A stretch of 62,967 bases of DNA, the filler included, from Gonapodya sp. JEL0774 (Eukaryota), in the NCBI GenBank assembly GCA_027604505.1. It is 13 parts of 13 records of this genome, joined end to end, with 100 filler letters (N's around TTAATTAATTAA, not from the genome) between each part and the next. Parts side by side here need not be neighbours in the genome. Positions count along the whole stretch, not along the records: positions 9,767 to 14,546 come from JADIIX010000862.1; positions 14,647 to 19,424 come from JADIIX010000863.1; positions 19,525 to 24,283 come from JADIIX010000864.1; 10 more parts are not named here. One strand, 5' to 3'. Made by a program: the position numbers and the translations under genes. How positions within the stretch are numbered: the stretch's first letter is position 1; each line of letters begins with the position of its first letter. Below the pieces are notes generated by a model. That model saw only the letters and a program-made list of their open reading frames with translations, had not been told where the DNA came from and did not search any database. Below are positions 12,003 to 24,283 of this stretch, piece after piece.

Positions 12003-13008
12003 TTAGGCGACGGCCGCAGTAATATCGGCAATGAGACTAGAGCGGTCGGGCCACTTGAGGCTACGAGGTGGGCCTTTGGTGACACCAGACCTGAATTTTT
12101 GGAGAATGGAGATTCGAGTAAGTGCAACGAGAAAGGTGAATTTCATTCTCTCTAATCAGAGAAACCAATAGCTTACCAAACGAGAGTTTCTGGATCATCA
12201 AAAGTAAAGAGGCGGTTGTATAGGCGACGTGTCATGAATTGATAATCAGATGTGGTCGTATGAGAACTTTTTGTGTAGTGGTTCATCCTCGAGCGCGGTC
12301 ATTTACCCTTGCCTCCTACTTTCACAGTGAAATCGAAAGCCCCCTTTCGAGGTTTCTCCTTGTTGACAGTTATAACAATCCCAGGGAACGAAGACTCCAG
12401 GGGCTGGCAAAAATAAAGCGAGACCCAGGGCGCCAAGGAGAGTTGTTGAAGAGTCGAGGGAAAGAACATAAAGATAAGCAGAGTAGCACGTTTATCAATG
12501 AAAACAAAAAGCCTACCTCCCGGAGCTTGTTCAACTGGGACGCATACGTGCGTCAGCTCTTGCTGTTCCATTTCACAACGGTGGAGATCAAATCAGATCG
12601 AGACGTGAGATCGGGGGACGAACGCCAGAGTCACAGCGGAGGGGAAATACACGTCAGTAATTTTTACCGATAAATGCAGTCGCTTAGTGAAAGCTGTGTT
12701 GCCGATCCCAGTGGCAACCAGTCCTGACAAGAAGGGTGCACTCACCAGATTTCAGCGTACAGCTCAAATGCCTTGTCCGAAATCACCGCCAATGACTCGC
12801 TTTCTACTTCTTCTTTCTTCACCTTCTTTGTCGCAGGTGTCTTCTTCGGAGCCTGCACCACGGTGGTTGCTGGTTCCTCCTTCACGTCTTCGTCCGCCTC
12901 GGCGGCCCGTTTGCGCCCCTTTGCGGTAGGCTGATTCGATGGTCCGTCCTGGGACTCTTGTTTAATGGCTGTTGCGGCAGCCTTAGAAGCGGCTCGCTTT
13001 GGTGGCAT
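12003..13008 (-). CDS. SELENOH: Selenoprotein H-like Rdx-family protein with in-frame Sec-UGA (exons 13008-12746, 12562-12517, 12403-12307, 12189-12177, 12090-12003; 168 aa)
   Basis: All four introns are GT-AG and phases close (507 nt). Translation: basic N-terminus ..YAEIC-KS-U-RTYASQLNKLREPLESSFPGIVITVNKEKPRKGAFDFTVKVGGKETLVWSGVTKGPPRSLKWPD.., colinear with recalled SELENOH motifs (CxxU, KPRRGSFEV, LWTGIKKGPPRKLKFP). UGA at 12555-12553. Confidence 0.9.
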
Positions 13009-13326
13009 TTTGATTGGATGGGGGATGCAGCGGATCAGTGAAACCGAGAATATCCAAACCGTTATGTCCAACCAGACAACTGTACTACATTTCCAAGTTC
13101 GTGCCCTTTTCGGCTATCTGACGAGGCGATATTGCAAAGTCTTGAGGGATGGCGGTCGATAACCTTCCCTCGCTCGCGCCTTGTATCTACGCTTATTTAC
13201 AAAGGTCGCAACAACCTTAGTACATCTGACAGTTAGTCTCCTGCTGACGAGCAAAGCTGAGTTCCTTTGGAAGTGCAGGGTTCAGGTGCACCCACCAGAC
13301 CACACGAACAACCATAGTAAAGTGAA

Positions 13327-14546
13327 ATGTCTGCGACTACCGACGTGCGAACGACCATTCCCAGAGCTGGTGGCTATTTCATGGATGAAAGAAGGCTGCT
13401 GGACGTTCACGTGAAGGAGCTGAATGGCTGTGACTCACAAGGAGTTTCCGAAACCGGTTGGGCATCAATGACGACTGCAGTTTCAGGCGGAAGTGGACAA
13501 CGGCGGCCGAAAAGTGCGAAAGGAAAGCAAAGAACGGAGAGCAGCAAGGAGCTTCCTCCGCCTGATGGCTCAGCTTTCAATGAAACTTTGACCGGCACAA
13601 GTCTGTTGGCGTCATCCGAACCAGAAGCCAAACGGCATTTGAAGAATGCTCCGGACATTAGAGGGAAGGTTCGACAACGAGACGCGAAAAGAAAATCGCC
13701 GCGACAGTCTGGACCGGAGCAGGAGACCGTTGGCGAACGGACAATGTCACCTTCTTTGACACGAAGCATTATTGAGTTAGGAACTCCTCAAATGGGACCG
13801 CCACCGCTCCGGCGATCGTCTGTTCTCCCTCAAGTGCGCCCGCCCACGCCTGCTCAGATCGTAGCCCAGGCACGGGCATCCCTCGCACACCCAACGAGAC
13901 CGTTCACCCCACAGGTTATGACATCCGTTTCTGCTTTTCCTATCTCCCAAAAAAGATCGAACTCCCGTACTTCCACTTTGCACCTACTCACTGATTCGTT
14001 GTATGATGACTCCGTGGCTACACCTTCAAATCAGAGGTCTCTACGCCCGTCCTCACCACACACACTGGTGGCTACTCGCAAGCCTGTACCCCCACCTCGA
14101 CTACAACCAATCATTCCATCCGCATCCAGACCAACAACACCTCTCCACGAGCCTCCGCTTGAGTCTTCGTCGATGTTTGTGAGGGTGCAGGATGACGTGG
14201 TTTTTGAGCCAGCAACACCAACAAACGACGACCACGTTTCAAAGGTGAGATACAAGAATAGTGTGAAGGGTTATGTCTGTCTACGAGCAATCCGGGACCA
14301 TGGATTCCCCGTTTGTCCAGACTCTGTGGTGAAACGTTCGCAATATTCCTCATAACTGACAGTTCTCACTCTCTCGATACCCTTCCCAAGCCTCAAGTAT
14401 ACCAACATTCAAATATAGTCGCTCACACTACCCTTACTAAGCTTCTCAATGAATTGCTAAGCACCTCGCCACCTTCATCCACCTGTCTCTCGGCCCTCCA
14501 GTCATACCTCGACCAAAATCCCGAAAGCGAATGGGAAAGTGTGATG
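13327..14546 (+). CDS. Armadillo-repeat protein ARMC2-like, N-terminal part (3' truncated; start uncertain)
   Basis: TPAQIVAQARASLAHPTRPFTPQ resembles the recalled ARMC2 N-terminal motif TSAEIISEAR..RPFTPQ. ARM repeats would lie beyond the contig end. Confidence 0.55.
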
Positions 14547-15339
14547 NNNNNNNNNNNNNNNNNNNNNNNNNNNNNNNNNNNNNNNNNNNNTTAATTAATT
14601 AANNNNNNNNNNNNNNNNNNNNNNNNNNNNNNNNNNNNNNNNNNNNACGACGGCGGGGAACGTCGTGGGGAGGAGGAAGGAGAGTTTGGAAGAGGTGTGG
14701 GTTGTGGAGGAGTGGGAGAAGGCTGTGAGAAGCGGGGCCGGGGGTAGGCGGTAGAAGGTGTGGTGGCGGTGTCCTGCCTGGGGTGCGCGGGGTGCGCGGG
14801 AAAGCACGCATCACCAAAGTGGAACGGGACACGGGTTTCCAGAAAGACGAAAAGTGTCATGATGGCCAAGTTGACGTTTCTTTGTTCGTGGTTCGGTCGT
14901 CGGTGGAGAACGAGAACGGGGTGGTTCAGATTTAGAATACTAGGGTTCTCGATGTCTCGACTATTCTCTCGTCTCGGGATTTTCAAATTTTTGTTTTGAA
15001 GGTTTTGAAAATTGAAGGCACAGTGAATGCGCAGTAGCTACGTCGAGGTTTATGTAGATAAAAAGAAGGTTTTCCTGGGCTTTTTCAAGTTTCGCTGGAC
15101 CAGTCCTGTACACCACGTGACGGACCTCCCCAATATGTTGCACAACTATAAGGCGACTGAATGGGGGAGGGAACCAGGGGACGTAATGTACCCCGATCGG
15201 GAGACTTTTTCCCGTTGCCGGTCAGCAGAATGGTACGCAAAATACATGAACAACAAGTCCAAAGTACAATCAAATGTGCCAAATACAATATGGTAGAGAT
15301 TTCAAGTGTGGTGGGATCTGGTTTGCCTCCTCTCGCGAT

Positions 15340-15725
15340 CAACGACTCTTGATTCCTCTTCCTGCACGTCGACGCTTAATTTACTCCAGAGGTGTTCCAC
15401 TCTCCGTCAATTGTCTGCGCACCAGCTCGCACGGTGTCCCTCAATGTCGATGTCGTTCATACGTCTGCTCTGGTCGATTTGTTGTGGAGCATGGGGCCTT
15501 TTCCGTTCATCAAAGGTTTCGTCATCGCAAACCATTTATTCGGCGGCATGGTGGAGTTTGCATCCCTTCCACTTCCCTTCTCCCGGAATTCGTCGCTGAA
15601 TTCCCCTCTGAGCAGCCACTGGCAGTTCGAGTCTTTCATACCCGATACCGTGGTTGATACTCTGCCTCCAGCTTCAGCGAACTTCCCTTCAAATCAACTC
15701 CAATTGTAAGCGGTGAACGCTGACG
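15340..15725 (-). pseudogene. Internally deleted duplicate of the neighbouring MYND gene locus
   Basis: About 15360-15460 encodes MNDIDIEGHRASWCADN*RRVE versus MDDADIEGHHSSWCADAARRVE in the intact gene; about 15520-15725 resembles about 17445-17665. Confidence 0.7.
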
Positions 15726-16188
15726 ACTATTATTGCCATCAGTGATACCCACTCAACCGTTTTTCACTGAAACTGCATAGTGCATGACGTATAGTGCATG
15801 CTGTCCGGAAAGGAAACCGGAGGAAATCATGAACTACTGAAAAGAACTATACCCCAGAACAAGCTGTTAGATTATCGCAGCTTGAGCGACTTGCTCGGTT
15901 TGTTTGGGCTCGGATGGTTTGTGCACGAACGGTTGTACATTGTTTGGACCCCAAGGGTTCCCGGCGTGTATTTTCTCTTTACGTACATCGGGACATTATG
16001 AAATAGACCGAGGGAACTAGTATATAAGGTTAGAAAAGCTCTATTGTAGTTTGGAAGCGTACATCATACAAGCTAAGCTACTAGGGACCTTCTGCCCGCC
16101 CAACCAGTGACACACTACGAAAGATTTAACACAAGCTTGCATTGAAAACAATATACTCAAGTGTCCCTCGACCTGGTTGGACCCCGGC

Positions 16189-17323
16189 TCACGATCTATG
16201 ATTTTTATCTCTATTTCCGGCACGCCATACCCGTTCCTGATCAAGGTCCATGGAAGCTTCCACTCTACGTGCTGCGTCAGCACACCAGCTTGAATGGTGC
16301 CCCTCTATGTCAGCATCGTCCATGTTTGGAGGAGTTGTGGGAGGACGACAGAACAATTTGTGAGTTTTCCAGTCTGCTTTCTGACACTCAGAAGAGCAAT
16401 ACCGAATTATCCGACAGCGCTTGCACTGTTGGATTTTGATCTCTTCCTGTAGTGACCCTGTTCTTATCATAGCCATGTTTGCGATACCACATCCTGAGTT
16501 CCCACAGGTGGTACCAGACATGACCTTGCTCAAATCCCGGGGAAGCTGGAAGTCTGGACTAGATCTAATCAGAACCCGTCGTAACTGACGCCAATGATTT
16601 AGAACGTGACCAGTAGGAACCCAAAAGCTGATGCCATACTTTTCCACTGCCGCCATGAACTTGATGTCTGTACTGAGTGATCCCTGAGCCTGCAATCTCA
16701 CCTCCTCACCGCTCGCTGCCAAGATGAAAGTCAACAGCTGCACAAGGCTCGTACAAGGTTCAACATAAACGTCCAACTTCCGAGATTCGTAATTGGTGAT
16801 GAAATTCCTCATGTCTTCGACAACGGTGGGATGGTGCAACGGAATTTGGTGTGCCAAGTAGGGTGCAGTGTTTCTGCAGAGCCAAAGTAAGAACTGGACG
16901 GTTGATTGAAAATAATCGGTGACTAGTTCCTCGTTCGAAATAGGGCACTCTATCCATCTCGCAAAGTCCTTGATGTGCAGCGCCAGTCGAAATGGGATGG
17001 ATGTAGAGGACAGGAGAGCGGGAACTCGCTGAGCCACTGGTGTTCATCCGATATCAAATGAGGAGAGCAAAGCACGGCGAGTTTGGATATAGGTACTCAC
17101 CGATCCACGACGGTGGTCCTGAGCTTCCTGCCGACGAGAGTTGGGACCAAGGAGTTTGATCCAATCTCGTGCAGATCAGATCAGCCGCCTCTTTGCAGAC
17201 AGCGCACATCCCATCCACAGCATGAGCAAAGTCTCGGACAATTTCGATGTGAGGTTGTGATCCGAATCTGGTGATTGCGTTTTCCAGATCCTCGGGATGT
17301 AAGAAGGGCCCCGTCAAATCCAT
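16189..17323 (-). CDS. MYND zinc-finger protein (intron near 17040-17098)
   Basis: C-terminal CGNSGC..QQCKRCRIIRYCSSECQKADWKTHKLFC. Confidence 0.85.
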
Positions 17324-17669
17324 TGCTGTAATAGATGGCTATCGCTCTCGCTGTTTCAAACACAGAGGAGCTCGAACGTTTTGTCTTTTCCGTTTGGAAA
17401 TGGATCAGAGCCAGTACCTGTTTGAACAAATGTGGGACAACTGGGATTCCTCATCACCATTTATCTGGCACAGTGGTGTTTGCGTCTCTTCCATTCACTT
17501 CCCTTCTCCCACAACCGCGTATCGTTCAAAATCCATAACCGTTTTCCTCTTGGAACAACCGTTCCCAGACGGAGTCTTTGCCCGGCTTCAGTTCTTTTTC
17601 CCCCTTTCTTTGCGTCGAATTTCCCTTCAAATCTCCTCTGTAATTCACTGACCGTGAACGCCGACACCG

Positions 17670-19424
17670 ATGCTGAAACAACCCATTATCGTCGTCAGTG
17701 AGTCCTGTACAGCAGTTTTTGCCGAGCTATAGTGTACATTCTGTCTTAACATGCAACTTTGGGGGCGCCGTTGGTCTTGCTTGACCTTCCCTGTCGTTGA
17801 CAACAATCCGCAGACGGCAAACACGAGCGGGAATCCGGCCGCAAGGCTCAAATCTCAAACATTCAAGCCTCCAAGGTACATAATCGAACTCCCTTCGCTA
17901 CCTTTCAGTCGATTCGACCTCATTTATCTCCTTTTCGTTGTTATCAGACTGTTGCCGATGTTATTCGAACATGTCTCGGACCTCGAGCCATGCTCAAAAT
18001 GATCCTCGACCCTATGGGTGGTATTGTCCTCACAAATGATGGAAATGCCATCCTTCGTGAAGTCGAAGTGGCACATCCTGCTGCCAAGTCCATGATTGAG
18101 CTCGCGAGGACCCAGGATGAGGAAGTTGGAGACGGAACGACCAGTGTCATCATCCTTGGTAAGTAAAACCGCTTCAGTACTGCTAAAATAGATGTAGTCC
18201 GTGGTTTGTGGTCCTCCGTTGTGGTGTTTGTCGGAGAGTCTAATGCTCAACACGGTTCCTGATATTGACAGCTGGTGAAGCCCTCGCCTCTTCCCTCCCC
18301 TTTCTCGACCGTCAAATCCACCCTGTAACCATAATCCATGCCTTCAAGCGAGCACTCGATGACGCGCTCCAAGTTATCAACGACATCTCCATCAGGGTAA
18401 ACACCGACGACAAGTCCGAGATGATGGGGCTCATTAAGAGCAGTATTGGCACAAAGTTTGTGTCGACTTGGAGCGACTTGATGTGTGGTATGGCGCTTGA
18501 TGCGGTGCGGTGTGTCGCGATTGAGGTCGACGGGAAGAGGCAAGTGGACATCAAACGGTACGCCAGGGTAGAGAAGGTGAGAGGAACCTGCAACTGACTT
18601 GACCATAGCTGTCCGCATGTTGTTTTCTTCATAATTTCTTGTCTACCTTAGATTCCGGGCGGTGAAATTGAAGAGTCTCACGTCCTGGACGGCATAATGG
18701 TCAACAAGGACGTTACGCACCCTCGCATGCGCCGCCACATTGAGAACCCCCGAATTGTCCTTCTCGATTGCCCGCTCGAGTACAAGAAGGGCGAATCGCA
18801 GACCAATGTGGAAATCGAGAAAGAGGGACAGTGGGCACGGCTGTTGGAGATTGAGGAGGAGCAGATCAAGGAGATGTGCGATCACATCATTAGAGTGAAA
18901 CCGGACTTGGTGTTTACAGAGAAGGGTGTTTCTGGTACGTCGCAAGAATTTATCGCTTCACCTCAAAGTATGTGTGCTTCAACCGGGCACTTGTTCTGTT
19001 TACACTTTTTCAGACCTTGCACAGCACTACCTCCTCAAAGCCAACATCACCGCGATCCGCCGCGTCCGCAAAACCGACAACAACCGTATCGCGCGTGCTG
19101 TAGGTGCCACCATCCTGAACCGTGTGGAAGATCTCAAGGAATCGGATGTGGGCACTCAATGCGGGTTGTTTGAGGTGCAAAAGGTTGGAGATGAGTGAGT
19201 TCCTCGAATATCTTGCGCATCAGTCCTAGTCTCTGATCACCGGGCATCGATTCCTTGGCGTGCTCCAGGTACTTCACCTACCTCACCAAGTGCAAGGACC
19301 CAAAAGCCTGCACGATTGTTCTCCGCGGTGCTTCCAAGGACATCATCAACGAAGTCGAGCGTAATCTGCAAGATGCTATGGCCGTTGCCCGGAACGTCAT
19401 CTTCGAACCCGCTCTCGCACCCGG
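17670..19424 (+). CDS. CCT3: T-complex protein 1 subunit gamma (3' truncated, multi-exon)
   Basis: MLKQPIIVV|..RESGRKAQISNIQASK|TVADVIRTCLGPRAMLKM..QDEEVGDGTTSV..RYARVEK|IPGG..DCPLEYKKGESQT..VERNLQDAM. Confidence 0.97.
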
Positions 19425-19524
19425 NNNNNNNNNNNNNNNNNNNNNNNNNNNNNNNNNNNNNNNNNNNNTTAATTAATTAANNNNNNNNNNNNNNNNNNNN
19501 NNNNNNNNNNNNNNNNNNNNNNNN

Positions 19525-19954
19525 GGAGCACGCGTGATTCTTCCAAACATCAACAGCACCGCTACTCAGCCAAGCGTCGTCGTTCACGGCATAGATGAGG
19601 TTCTCAATCCGTTCGCTGGATTGGGTCTCGCTAGTGCCGCACCAAGCGTAACATTCGTAACACGTAAGTGCTTGCACTAACGCTCAAAGCAGCGTTCACA
19701 ACATCAAGCGCTCACCGGGCTTCCCTTTACTTCCCTTGCAATTTCCAGCTGGAGCTACACCAACAGCTCCTCCCTCAACGTTACCCACCAGCGGTCCAAT
19801 AGCCGGAGAACCATCAGTCATTGTAACCACTCTTTCTCCAACGGCAACAGTTTCTCGCAGTGGAGGAGGGAGCGCTGGTACGGGAGGCGGCGGTCCTACC
19901 GTGGGAGTGGCAACATCACTACCAGTTCTCACCACAACTGTTCGAGCGCCATGA
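19525..19954 (+). CDS. 3' end of a fasciclin (FAS1)-like protein with a Pro/Thr/Ser-rich tail
   Basis: GARVILPNI..VVVHGIDEVLNP resembles the FAS1 H2 motif (VHxIDxVLxP); intron at about 19664-19749. Confidence 0.6.
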
Positions 19955-20536
19955 TAAAAAATTGTAGCAGTGAGGTATGCAACGGTAGTTGAAAAGGGGA
20001 TCTTGTTTGTTTGCTGAGAAGTGGTGCTGCCTGGTAGCGTAGTAAATCGATTTCACACAAAGAATACAATGATTTTGATTTCAAAGAGTGAAGAAAATTC
20101 AAAATGAACACAGGAGCTATCGCGAGTCCTGAGAGCGTTGCGTGGTGAGCTGGCGTAGAATAATGAAAGAAATAGGTGCATTTTGACTCTCTGATTAGGG
20201 TGATAGAAGTCGCAGACGCCTATGCGACTTATATTGCAGAGCTAGGAGTTATGAAGGGCATTTCGGTTTGGTTTCCGATACGCCGATTCAGTGGACCTTT
20301 CTCTGACTTCGCGAAAGGACGAACATGTCATTCTTTGAAAGAACAATACAGATTAGATCGCAAAGTCACGACGCCTAGACAGATGTAATAGCTATGTTCG
20401 ATGTATCTATTGTGATCTCGAAACCAGTCCATGAATGCAGATGACCCAACTGACATTACCCGAACGGACTACGTGGAGTACTCTGGACCCGCCAGCTCTC
20501 CCTGCCACCCGTTCACCCACGTTCTCCTAATCCCAA

Positions 20537-21932
20537 CTATTCATTGACTGGCTTCCATGCTTCCTTCTCTTTCCGGTACCGAGCTTTGTCCATCTCAGCG
20601 AGTTGCACAAACGGTTCCTTCTCCTCGGCAGACAAGGCACTCCACCGTTCACTAATCAACCTTGCCTTCGCACCGATACGAATACCCCGACAGCTTTCGT
20701 TGTACTGAGCTATGACACTGTTCAGGTAGTGAAGGAAGGCAGAGCGAGGATGTTTTGGTCCGTTTGGGTAACGGCGACGCCTGGATGGGCAGGGTTTCTT
20801 CGACAGTTGCGCAATGTCAGATGACGATTCTGTCATTTCAGTCCCTCCGACAGCGTCAGCAGATCGTGACCGCTTGTGGGAGCGAGAAGAGGGTACCGAG
20901 AGTGTACTAGGCCGGTCAGAGTTACGCCAAAAGGTTTTAGAGGGCTCCTGTCGTGGCTGCTGCTGTTGGGGCCCGCAAACATTGACCAGGCTGATGTGCA
21001 AAGACTCGGTACTCAGGTCATTCGGTCCACTCTTGTCGAGCAGGTTGCCAGGTACCGAGAGTTCCTCCATCGGAAGCATAGAGTCCAAATCGAGCCAATT
21101 CTGCGAAGACAGAAGGCCATCGGAAAAGCAAAAGTGGTCATCATCGAAAACCGATGGAGACGGCGATAGTGATGGCGTAGGATAGACTTCGAGCGATGGC
21201 AGATCAGGTGCAGAGAGGCTGCGGAGGACAGGAAACCCGGAGTTCGACGGGTCCAGTTGCTGCAGAGAAATCGGTGCCGGTACTGGATGTGGCTCCGCCA
21301 TACTAGGACTCACGGCGGTCAAGGCAGTGAGGATACGCTCTTGTTCGCCTTTGATGTCAAGTGCCAATGCTGATGACCTCGCCAGGTAGGTCACGCGAAT
21401 GTCGTCGCCCGCAGTCTTCCAGCTTTCCTGCACCAACCATTTGATAGCGGCTGGAGAGAGAGATGGGTTGGCGCGCTCGAAGAGAATATGGTTCTCGCCA
21501 TAGTAAAGGATATATGCGCATGCCAAAGCGTGCAAAACCTCGGTGAGGTCTTGGGCATCAGTCGTATTTTTGGATGGGGTGGACGGTTCCTAACGAAAAC
21601 AAGATATCGTGGTGAGAAGCGATACATATCGGAATACTTCTGGAGTGAGTAGTGGAAGAATCAAAACGTACCAAGCACGAGCACGAATTATCTACCGCGG
21701 AACTTGGTACGCCGTTGATCGTCAGCGAGATGGCCGAGCCAGACTGGAGACACTCCCCATTGTGTGACCAGTCTGAGATGCAACGGGTAGTCGGTCGAGA
21801 ACTCGAAGGGTATGGGGATGAGGAGGGAGCTGATGGCGATGGTACAGCTGCTCCCGCTACGGTGGGATCCGCAAACTCCTGGACCAACGGTTGTGGTGAC
21901 GGCGGCTGAAAAGAAAACTTTGGGATCGACAT
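20537..21932 (-). CDS. HMG-box protein (canonical C-terminal box plus a degenerate N-terminal box); start uncertain
   Basis: PKHPRSAFLHYL..ISERWSALSAEEKEPFVQLAEMDKARYRKEK; second box AYILYYGEN..ANPSLS..VQESWKT..TY; one intron at about 21590-21671. Confidence 0.85.
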
Positions 21933-23425
21933 CGCCGTGTTTGCACTGGAGGGCCGGGGTTCTGATAACGCTAAATGAAGGGGTTGGCGCGTGTGTTGCA
22001 CCTCATTTTACGTTTACTTGGAGTATGTCGCGGCGGCATCGAGAACTCACAAGGGTACAAAGTGAAGGGAGGATTCTCGGAGCTCCACTGCATCGATTGG
22101 TCTCCGAACAGGTTGAATTCTGACATGTGTATGGTGTATGTACTTGTGCGGCAATTGACACCAATTGGTGCGATCAGAGTATCGGATATCTTGATGAGAA
22201 CAGCGAACGCTGCAAGAGAAGACGGAATCATCGGAATCATCAGTCTTGAGCGTACCCTCACTATGGCACTCCTCGACCCGAGGAACACTCTTGTGATGTT
22301 CCGCGGATCCTGACGAACTTACCTATGTAGTACGACTATGAGGGAAACTTGGGAGTATGTAAATGAGTTCTTTTGAATTCAATTCAGAATGCTTGTTCTT
22401 GCAATTTCTCATGCGCTTAAGAACTTCTCAAGGGAAATTCGGCGGTTAAAAGCATTTTCTGATTTCTGCGTGACGTCGTCCCGTGCCGGCTTATATATTA
22501 TGCTCCCCGCGTAGTCCGGAATGACAGATATATTACATAACGAGCTCGGGTGCAACCTCAGGCAGAAAGGCCATGGTGGCGTCAAATTGATCGTCCAGGA
22601 GTATCTTTGTTCCATATCACTGACTCGAAAGAACAGGGCGGTAGGGAAAGACGAAATGACGTAGCCAGCATCCGGACAGAAGCGCAGCAGACAGATACGA
22701 AGACTTTTCCGTCGAGAATCAGCCCGCGCGCGGCAAGGAGCAAGTCCACTTTCGAAGGGTGGAACAAAGCAGAATCAGCGTGACAGCATGAAGCTATCCA
22801 AGCTCGATGTCCGCTGCCTTCGTGGAGTTCTTAGCAAGTTCCTCACCCTTCAACCCCGTCAAAGCACACCAGCCGCGATTCACGTCTATTAACAAAAGGA
22901 CACGTTGCCAGAAAATAACATTGTGATATTCTCCCCTTTAGCGCTCATGGGAAGTTCATTTCGTGGATGGGTGCTGAGCTCGCCAACCCCGCCTGATTAT
23001 CGGGCCGCCGGCATGGCAGAACCGTAAGGGCCGACTTGGCCATGATTTCACCAACCAACCCAATATAATAATTCGGCGGAATGACTCGATGTTTGGTACA
23101 TGAGCTCATCACGCTGAGTTGCTTTACTGCATCAGCTCCGGCCTCTTCGGTGATTTTCATTTCGCCATCTCACACGACGAATCAAGTATCCGTGATCACG
23201 CATTATACTTCGAGGCTCGTGACGCCCAGGCTCGTGACTGATATCGCAATACCACTGGAGACGGAGAATAATGTCAGAAATCGCCAGGCGAGTTCGTGAC
23301 TTGGTCTAGCTTCATGATAGAATTGCCACCCGCGCGCCAGGTGGATATGAAAACGCTCAAAAAGTTATGAAACACCGCAATGCATATTCAAATATACACG
23401 TAAGTATTTTCAGAAACCCCAATGA

Positions 23426-24283
23426 TCAAGCACCCAGCATCTCCGCGATCGCGTTTTCCACATTGCCATCGTACCTCACAAGCATGCTCTCTAAAGGTTC
23501 GCCGTGAGGTCCAGACGTGAAACCCATTTCTCTTAGGCGCCGAAGTGCATATCCAAAATCGCGACCTGAAGGTGACACCGTTGGAGGTGGCGGCAGCACA
23601 GCGGTACCATCGGGGGCGGGAGGAAGCACAATGTCCGTTGGCAGCAGGACTGAGGACGATGCGGTTTCTGTGATTTCAGGTGATGGCGCAGGACGGGGAG
23701 GTGGAGACAAGTCCTGTGACGAAGGGGCGGTCAAGATGAATGAAGAAGACGTTTCCGGCTGGGGCTGCAAGGAAGATGGTAAAGATGGAGCGCTGGTGTC
23801 TCCAGTGCTCCCAGGAACCGGGACACCGCCCTGTCCATAACCTGCCGCTGCGTAGGCTGCTGCGGTTTCCACCGTCTTGCGAATTTGTCCTCCCATTGCA
23901 GTCATGAGATGTCTGGCGAACTCAGCAGTCTGGGCCGGCGTTGCATTTGGAGGGAGTTGAGGTGGTGGTACGGTGGTGCTTTCTAATGCGCTCAGCGAGG
24001 AGGACATTTGGTTTGCTGCAGTGCGGAACGCATCCCCGGCGAAGGAGGCAGTGGCGAGAGCAAGAGCACGAGCCTAATGTTTGAGGTGTTGAATATGAGC
24101 TCCACGAGGGACCATGCAAGCACTTACCTGCTCGGCCATTTGCTGTCTCCTTGCTTGCTTTAGAGCTCTCCTTGTCTCCCTTGCATGTCTCCTTTCCTCT
24201 CTCGCGGCTCCCTTCATCTCCTTGCTCAAGTCTTTCTGAACTCTTTTGCTTTGCTTCTTCCACTGCCTTTCGGCTTTCCTCCA
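23426..24283 (-). CDS. 3' part of a Pro-rich protein with a C-terminal UBA domain
   Basis: ALRRLREMGF..LVRYDGNVENAIAEML* (UBA MGF motif). Confidence 0.7.
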
